This document shows, piece after piece, positions 58,357 through 64,000 of a DNA stretch of 64,000 nucleotides (its first letter is position 1; each line of letters opens with the position of its first letter). The stretch spans positions 98,535-162,534 of the forward strand of contig JBILLK010000025.1 of assembly GCA_044376115.1 (NCBI GenBank), given 5' to 3'. The notes under the pieces are model-generated. The model was not told the origin of the DNA. It made no database searches and saw nothing but the letters and a program-made list of their open reading frames with translations. The translations under genes and the position numbers were made by a program. This DNA is from Polyangiaceae bacterium (GTDB lineage: Bacteria > Myxococcota_A > Polyangia > Polyangiales > Polyangiaceae).

Positions 58357-59712
58357 TCATGGGGCCTCGGAAGGCGGCTTGACGGTCGTGACCTCCGCAT
58401 CGGTGAGCAGTTGGCTGAGATCGAAAAGACGTCCACGTTTGCAGCCCGCCAGCTCCTCGGTCGTGCGCATACATTCCTCATCGGAGCGCGTGGGGATGGA
58501 CGTCACATCGGCCACGTCGCTCGCGAACTCAGGCTTGCCTTGGGCGAGCGAGGCAAAGCGTTGATACGCGTCACGCGCCTGCGCGAGCCCGCCCGGGCCG
58601 GCGCCGAAGCGCTCCTCCAGCGCGGCCAAATTGAAGTGCGCCTCAGGCCGCTCGGGGGCGAGCCGGATCGCCTCGGCCAGCTCTGCACGAGCTTGCTGCA
58701 GCTTTGTTGTGCCATGCGTTGGGTCACTCGCCTGGCCGCGCAGCGCGAGCGCGAGCCCCAGCCGTGCGTCGTACGAATTGGGCTGCAATTCGCGCACGCG
58801 GCGATAAGACTGCTCGGCTCGGGCGAAGCTGCGAAAGGCGATGTTCAAGGCCGCCGAGTTCAGGTGCGCCTCGATGTAGTCGGGTGCAAGCTCGAGCGCG
58901 CGATCGAAAGACTTTGCAGCGGCGCCAGCGCTGCCCAGCTCGAACTGCACGAGGCCCAGCGTGTTGTGCAGCGGCGCGTACGAAGCATCGACGAGCAAGG
59001 CTTGGCTGCACAGCAAGAGCGCCAGCTCCAGCGACTGCGTGGCGAGTTTGGGCTGCCTTAGGTCACGGTTCAACAGGCTGCTCGAACGCCCGGACTCTTC
59101 ACGAGCTAGGTCCAATTGCAACATCGCCAGTTCGTTGCGTGCGGCGCTCAGCCTGTCTTGGACCGCTAATGCGCGCATGAAGTTCTTGCGTGCGCGTTCG
59201 CGATCATTGGGGCCGTCTTGGTCCTGCTCACGGTTATTGCGCAAGCGTTGCGCTCGGCCGAGTTCGAGCAGCGCCTCTGCATCGGTGTAGCTCGAGTCGA
59301 GCACCGCCTTCTGCAAGACCCCCACTCGTGCGTCATGCGACAAGGAGCTATCGAGCAGCGCAAGCCGTACACGGGCTTGCGAAAGCGACGGCCGCGCCTC
59401 GAGCGCCTCGCGATAACAAGAGATCGCGAGCTCGCGCTGGCCGCAGGTTTGGGCGACCACCCCCAGGTTGAAGAGAGCCATCGTGCGCAGGTGTTCGTCG
59501 TTGGTGCGAGCCTTGAACGCTTGCAGTAGCTCGTTGCAGCCATCGACGTCGCTGGCCTTCAGCTCGCCAGTTCGCTCGACCAGCCGCGCAAAGCTTGGTT
59601 CGCTCGAACAATCGCTGCAGTCCATGCCCGGCGGCTGCTCGGGAACAACCGGCTCCGAGGTGCTTGCGCAAGCGAAGAGCCACGGGAGAAGCAGCAGCAA
59701 GCTGTGTCGCAT
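58357..59712 (-). CDS. TPR lipoprotein, GltE/AglT-like
   Basis: LFAC lipobox; multiple TPRs; RALAV...A.NELA and LELA.L.C.QA......A..HN.LGL pattern. Confidence 0.65.
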   Translation of the reverse strand: MRHSLLLLLPWLFACASTSEPVVPEQPPGMDCSDCSSEPSFARLVERTGELKASDVDGCNELLQAFKARTNDEHLRTMALFNLGVVAQTCGQRELAISCYREALEARPSLSQARVRLALLDSSLSHDARVGVLQKAVLDSSYTDAEALLELGRAQRLRNNREQDQDGPNDRERARKNFMRALAVQDRLSAARNELAMLQLDLAREESGRSSSLLNRDLRQPKLATQSLELALLLCSQALLVDASYAPLHNTLGLVQFELGSAGAAAKSFDRALELAPDYIEAHLNSAALNIAFRSFARAEQSYRRVRELQPNSYDARLGLALALRGQASDPTHGTTKLQQARAELAEAIRLAPERPEAHFNLAALEERFGAGPGGLAQARDAYQRFASLAQGKPEFASDVADVTSIPTRSDEECMRTTEELAGCKRGRLFDLSQLLTDAEVTTVKPPSEAP

Positions 59713-59806
59713 GGCCTGTAGACCCGGCTACCGCCTGTGCCTTGGGTCCAATACGTGATGTCGCGCGGTCATGCCGCAGGCGGTCCCGATGCCGTAGCAT
59801 CTCCGC

Positions 59807-60934
59807 ATGCAACGCAATCCATCGGCCCTTCGCCTGTTCACCGCCATCAGCCTCGCCCTCACGAGCGGCGCGTGCGACGGAGGCGGAGTAGGTGCGTCGG
59901 CAAGCGCCGCGGCCAGCGCGCCTTCGACCGCGGCCGCGAGCAGCAGCGCAACGCCGCCGCTGAGCAGCGAGCCGGCGGCAACAGGGGCAACGCCAGCGCT
60001 TAGCGCGACGCCCAGCGCGAGCGCGACGCCCAGCGCGAGTGCGATGCCCAGCGCGAGCGCGACGCCCAGCGCGAGCGCGACGCCCAGCGTTGCAACCAAG
60101 CCGCAACCGCAACCGCAACCGCGGAAGCCCAAGTCGCATGAAACCTGGGTCGAAGGCCGTCCCTTCATCGTTGACGACCAGGCGCGCGTAGCGACGCTCA
60201 CGCTCGAGGCCAGCTTCTCCGATGAGCGCTTGGCCATCGATACGAGCTCGCTCTCGGACAACGAGCGCATTCAAATGATCGAGCACTTCAGCCACTGGTC
60301 GCTTGGCGAACATGCCTCGATCGCTTCCTTCGCACGCTTCACGCTGCAGCTGCTCGCGCTCGGAGCGCCGCCAGCGTTGGTGCAGGCGTCGATCGCGGCG
60401 GGCGATGATGAACGCCGTCACGCCGAACTCGGCTTCAGCTTTCTGCGCGCCCTCGGCGTCGAGCTCGCGCCAGGGCCGATCGCGATCGGCGGCTCGCTCG
60501 AGCAAAGCTCGCTCGAGTCGATCTTTCGCATGGTCGTGCGCGAGAGCATCTTGGGTGAGACCTTCTCGGCGCTGGAGGCGCTGCACGTCGTGCCCTGGAT
60601 TCGAGATGCGGTGTTTCAGCGCGAGCTCGCCCGCTTGGCCGAGGATGAGGCCCGCCATGCCGAGCTCGGCTTTGTCTTCGCCGCTTGGGCGATCGGGCAA
60701 AGCCCGGCGCTCTCGGCCGTGCTCGAGCAAGAACTCGCGAGCTTCGTCGAGCCGGAGATCCGCGCCTGCGCAGGCCAGCGCGAGTGGGGCGTCCTATCGA
60801 CCGAAGAGCGCCGCGCTTTGCGCGAGGTCACCTGGCGCGAGGTGATCGGTCCTCTTTGTCAGTCGCTGCTTCAGCTGGCGGTTACGCCGCAATCAGCTGA
60901 GACGCGCTATGCTGCCCCCGGCGGTTGTTCGTGA
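59807..60934 (+). CDS. lipoprotein with SATPSA repeats and ferritin-like diiron domain
   Basis: SGAC lipobox; EHASIASF, DERRHA, GET, DEARHA; 18-bp repeat x5 at 60002-60089. Confidence 0.85.
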   Translation: MQRNPSALRLFTAISLALTSGACDGGGVGASASAAASAPSTAAASSSATPPLSSEPAATGATPALSATPSASATPSASAMPSASATPSASATPSVATKPQPQPQPRKPKSHETWVEGRPFIVDDQARVATLTLEASFSDERLAIDTSSLSDNERIQMIEHFSHWSLGEHASIASFARFTLQLLALGAPPALVQASIAAGDDERRHAELGFSFLRALGVELAPGPIAIGGSLEQSSLESIFRMVVRESILGETFSALEALHVVPWIRDAVFQRELARLAEDEARHAELGFVFAAWAIGQSPALSAVLEQELASFVEPEIRACAGQREWGVLSTEERRALREVTWREVIGPLCQSLLQLAVTPQSAETRYAAPGGCS

Positions 60935-60971
60935 AGGTGGCGTCTGTTCGGTCCGTAGGCTCAAGGTAAAC

Positions 60972-61601
60972 ATGGTGGAGCTGCGCGCGTTCGCGGTGGG
61001 CGAGGTGCCCTTTCAGCCGGGGGAAAGCCCGTTCCGGCTCAAAGGCGCCGCCTTCCGTGAGTCGCTCGCGCTCTACGCGAGCTTGCCCGGCGGCCTCGAG
61101 GCCGTCATGCGGGCCCTGCCGAACGACGCCCATCGACGCTTCTTTACCCAGCCCTTCACCGCCTCCGGTTGGTACGACGTATTCGCCATGGCGCAGCTCG
61201 ACTTTGCGGCGGCCGCGGTCGCTGGCGTAAGCCCGTTCACGATCATCCAGCGCGCGAGCGTGGACCAGGCCCGCAACGCAATCACCGGGATCCACCGAGG
61301 CCTGATCAACATCATGTCGACCAAGCAAGTCGGTTGGGCGCTGCCTCGCGTGATGGCCAGCTTCTTCGACTTCACGCAGTGCACGACGCAAGGCAAAGAC
61401 GACGGCACCGTTACCGGCATATGTCACGGCGTGCCGAAGGTATTGTGCGCGTGGTACGAGGTCGCGACCACCGAGTGGACCTTGGAGGTGCTGCGGATCC
61501 GGGGCAGCAAAGCCCCCTCGGCGAGTTGGCGCACACCCGTCGTCACCGGCCTCAAACATGGCGTAGCGGTCGCGCGGATGGAGTTTCAGCTCGAGCCCTA
61601 G
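60972..61601 (+). CDS. myxobacterial hypothetical protein (possibly V4R/H-NOX-like)
   Basis: KG..F, F.ASGWYD, LPR....FFDF pattern. Confidence 0.6.
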   Translation: MVELRAFAVGEVPFQPGESPFRLKGAAFRESLALYASLPGGLEAVMRALPNDAHRRFFTQPFTASGWYDVFAMAQLDFAAAAVAGVSPFTIIQRASVDQARNAITGIHRGLINIMSTKQVGWALPRVMASFFDFTQCTTQGKDDGTVTGICHGVPKVLCAWYEVATTEWTLEVLRIRGSKAPSASWRTPVVTGLKHGVAVARMEFQLEP

Positions 61602-61657
61602 GCCCAGGCCGGCGTTCTTTGCGCGACACCCCCCGCCGTTGCGACTACAGCAGCCCC

Positions 61658-61873
61658 GTGGACATCCAGTGGCAGAAAGCTCGTGACGGCAAATTGGTGA
61701 GTGCGCTCGCGGGCCCGCTCTCCTTGCGGCTCACGCCGACGGGCGACGGCCGCTGGAACTGGCAGGTCTTCAACGGCGGTGCGCCGAACCCGATGGCAAC
61801 AGGCATCGCCAATTCGCTTGGGGCAGCCAAGACCGTGGCAACGCAGTTCGCTGGGCGCAGCGGCCTGACCTGA
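61658..61873 (+). CDS. small hypothetical protein
   Basis: GTG start, 71 aa, DGRWNWQVF...G.ANSLGAAK. Confidence 0.55.
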   Translation: MDIQWQKARDGKLVSALAGPLSLRLTPTGDGRWNWQVFNGGAPNPMATGIANSLGAAKTVATQFAGRSGLT

Positions 61874-61912
61874 GGGTACGAGCCGTAGAGCGCTCGTGGA
61901 CGACCAACTCTT

Positions 61913-62533
61913 TTAGAGACCGACGAACGGAGGTTCCGTCGCGGCAGGGGGACGGAAGCGCACAGCGCCGAGCGCAGCCAGATACGTCCGCAAGCGCGAG
62001 AGTGGGTGGGCTGGGAACATCGAATCCCATTCGGGGTCGTCGGAGCGGTTCCGCAAACCACGGGCCTGGTGGGACGCGTCGTATGGATCACGTGCCCAGC
62101 CGATTGGCTCGCCCGTTGCCTCATCGAATGGCGGAGCCACGAGAGCGAATACAGTAGCGTCCCGCACACCGGTCGTGCCGAATTCCGGGCACTGCCATTT
62201 GATAACAAAGCTGCAATCGCGGAACGGAATCGTGATCGCGGCGATGTAGGTCATGCCAGTTGGCGTTTGCGGAATCTTGAAGACGGCCTGTACGGCCGGG
62301 ACCCCGGCAACGGCGATGCGCTCGACCTCGACAAGGTTGCCGGACTCCCCCAAGGCGGTGCGGTAAATGCTGCGCAGAGCAGAGATCTTGTCGCGAGCCG
62401 AGGGGAGGTCTGGCGCTACGTCGAAGAAATCGAGAGAGACTAGGTCGCCGACCTCGTTCGTCCAGCGGAGCCCGTCGCCCGGGTACTCCCGCCAGCCCGC
62501 GAGAGGGAGTTCGATGTGGTGCACCGAGAGCAT
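61913..62533 (-). CDS. hypothetical protein, integron gene-cassette-like
   Basis: GMTYIAAITIPF...SFVIK...E.GTTGVR...DPY; ATG 10 nt after an attC-like R' box. Confidence 0.7.
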   Translation of the reverse strand: MLSVHHIELPLAGWREYPGDGLRWTNEVGDLVSLDFFDVAPDLPSARDKISALRSIYRTALGESGNLVEVERIAVAGVPAVQAVFKIPQTPTGMTYIAAITIPFRDCSFVIKWQCPEFGTTGVRDATVFALVAPPFDEATGEPIGWARDPYDASHQARGLRNRSDDPEWDSMFPAHPLSRLRTYLAALGAVRFRPPAATEPPFVGL

Positions 62534-62543
62534 TGGCAGGTAA

Positions 62544-62624
62544 GTCCAATGTATTAGCGTTCTGCGCCCACGTCTCGACATAGGAACGACCAAGGGCGTG
62601 GTCGGCAGCAACGGCTAGTTGGGC
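62544..62624 (-). mobile_element. integron attC-like recombination site (degenerate R')
   Basis: Minus strand: GCCCAAC-TAGCC-GTTGCTGC-CGACCACG...CGTGG-GC-GCAGAAC-GCTAATAC-ATTGGAC, matching the R''/L''/L'/R' layout. Confidence 0.65.
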
Positions 62625-62717
62625 GGGTTCAGCTTAAGGCTCGGACCCTACGCGGCGCCAGAATGTCGGACGCCAGTAGTAGAGCGTTTCGTCAACCCTA
62701 GGCGCGCGGCGGTGATT

Positions 62718-62870
62718 CGGGTCGAGCTGCCGCCCCTCGAGGAGGACCGCGAGGAGTCGCGTGAGCGTCAGCTCGGCCTCATCGAGCCGGAGCGCGCGCC
62801 GCGGTCCGAGGTCGACTACCCCGAGGAGCCCGAGGCCGACGCTGAGCTGGCCGAAGAGGAAGGAGCCTGA
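62718..62870 (+). pseudogene. rpsF: 3' remnant of ribosomal protein S6 gene
   Basis: Acidic tail VELPPLEEDREESRERQLGL...EEEGA directly before rpsR with the same high-GC3 style; the S6 core domain is absent upstream. Confidence 0.6.
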
Positions 62871-62872
62871 TC

Positions 62873-63184
62873 ATGAGCCGCGAAATCGCAGAATACAAAG
62901 GCGCCTTCGACGACGACCGCGAGTTCGGTCGCACGCCCGACCTCAACTCCGACGCCCCCGGCCGCCGCCGCATGGGTCGCAAGCGGGTCTGCCGCTTCTG
63001 CGCCGACAAGGCGCTGGTCATCGACTACAAGGACCCCCAGTCGCTCAAGTACTTCGTGTCCGAGCGAGGCAAGGTCGTCCCCCGTCGCATCAGCGGCAAC
63101 TGCGCCCTTCATCAGCGCAAGGTCACCCTCTCGATCAAGCGCGCCCGCAACATCGCCCTCCTGCCGTTCACAGTAGGGGCCTGA
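62873..63184 (+). CDS. rpsR: 30S ribosomal protein S18 (Zn-binding C+ type)
   Basis: [35 protein letters not shown]. Confidence 0.98.
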   Translation: MSREIAEYKGAFDDDREFGRTPDLNSDAPGRRRMGRKRVCRFCADKALVIDYKDPQSLKYFVSERGKVVPRRISGNCALHQRKVTLSIKRARNIALLPFTVGA

Positions 63185-63199
63185 TCGGAGAGTCTCGTC

Positions 63200-63655
63200 A
63201 TGGCATCCCACATCCACGTGGTCCTCACGCAAGATCTGGTGAACGTCGGCAAGGGCGGGGAGCTCGTCAAGGTGCGCCCCGGCTTCGCCCGCAACTACCT
63301 CGTCCCCCGCGGCCTCGCCATCGGCGCGACCGAGGGCAACATCAAGCGCATCGAGCACCAGAAGAAGGTCGCTGAAGCCAAGGCCGCCAAGGTCCTCGGC
63401 GAGGCCAAGACCCTCTCGGACAAGCTCTCGAGCGTCAAGATCTCCGTCTCGCGCCAGGTCGGCGAGGGCGACAAGCTCTACGGCTCCGTCACCCACCGCG
63501 ACATCGAGGAGGCCCTCGGCCAGGCCGGCTACGTCGTCGATCGACGCCGCATCCTGTCCGAGCCGCTGAAGTCGCTCGGGACGCACGACGTGCAGATCCG
63601 CCTCGCGCCCACGGTCACCGCGACCATCAAGGTCGAGGTCGTCGCCAAGGTCTGA
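63200..63655 (+). CDS. rplI: 50S ribosomal protein L9
   Basis: G..GELVKVRPGFARNYLVPRGLA, KLYGSVT..DI, LKSLG. Confidence 0.98.
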   Translation: MASHIHVVLTQDLVNVGKGGELVKVRPGFARNYLVPRGLAIGATEGNIKRIEHQKKVAEAKAAKVLGEAKTLSDKLSSVKISVSRQVGEGDKLYGSVTHRDIEEALGQAGYVVDRRRILSEPLKSLGTHDVQIRLAPTVTATIKVEVVAKV

Positions 63656-63676
63656 CGCCTTCACTTCGCAAGTCCA

Positions 63677-63710
63677 CGCGCGACGACCTCCGACGGTCGT
63701 CGCGCGCGTT
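63677..63710 (+). terminator. GC-rich hairpin after rplI, probable terminator
   Basis: CGCGCGACGACC-TCCGAC-GGTCGTCGCGCG; weak U-tract. Confidence 0.55.
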
Positions 63711-63875
63711 CGTGCGCCGCGTCTTCCGCGGCGTAGCCGACGTGGGGCGAGCGAGCGGCGCACCGTTGGGCGTAGCCAGGGCGCGCCAACCCCCAAGCAT
63801 CGGGCCGCGGACCCGGACGCGCACAACGCTGCGGTATGCCGACGACCGAGTTTCGAGGGCAGGTCTTGGCGTGTG

Positions 63876-64000
63876 TGGACTTGATCCGATTTTCGGTGCC
63901 ACCAGAAACCGGATAGATCGGAGAGACTGTGAACAAGGCAGAGAAAAAGGCGCCGCGTCAGCACGCGGAATCGTTCAAGCGTGACGCGGTAAGACTGATG
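63876..64000 (+). mobile_element. left end of an IS3-family insertion sequence (IRL plus start of orfA)
   Basis: 5'-TG-initiated TGGACTTGATCCGATTTTCGG; GGAG then GTG at 63929 reading MNKAEKKAPRQHAESFKRDAVRLM (HTH_Tnp_1-like FK.DAV.L). Confidence 0.75.

Noticed and set aside
53955..61873. Possible homology between the two small beta/alpha proteins (53955-54212 and 61658-61873)
   Set aside because: Similarity is limited to secondary-structure pattern and scattered Trp/Gly; cannot be supported by eye
61874..61915. Second attC downstream of the cassette-like gene
   Set aside because: No recognisable R''/L'' boxes or matching R'

Overview
GC-rich chromosomal segment that looks myxobacterial (Polyangiaceae-like), judged from a MYXO-CTERM-type sorting signal, a GltE-like TPR lipoprotein, a DWG-type Ser/Thr kinase and many Gly/Pro-rich lipoproteins. 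Most of it is housekeeping or accessory genes: SDR, FAD oxidoreductase, FGE-sulfatase protein, dprA, trmFO, gor, MscS-cNMP channel, M28 peptidase, aceB, ABC-F, thiD, qor, LtrA, CoA-transferase, rpsR and rplI. Five things stand out. (1) A RAYT-like HUH/Y1 tyrosine transposase with a C-terminal HTH (7389-8141) is surrounded by about 19 copies of one ~48-bp hairpin. Downstream these form an 84-bp-period array and a 52-bp-period array that point away from a ~105-bp central spacer; the innermost copies begin GTAG and GGAG. (2) An orphan T6SS spike cassette has three tandem vgrG, DUF2169 and a ketoacyl-synthase-like gene but no PAAR or toxin; a TIGR02270-like gene and a shared small helical repeat lie 11 kb away. 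(3) A lipoprotein carries a mirror-symmetric ladder of 20 cysteines. (4) An apparently catalytically dead ABC ATPase sits between two membrane proteins. (5) The right end is a patchwork: an integron-cassette-like gene with an attC site is joined to a 5'-truncated rpsF, followed by rpsR-rplI and the left end of an IS3-family element. All family calls come from motif recognition by eye; no database searches were run.
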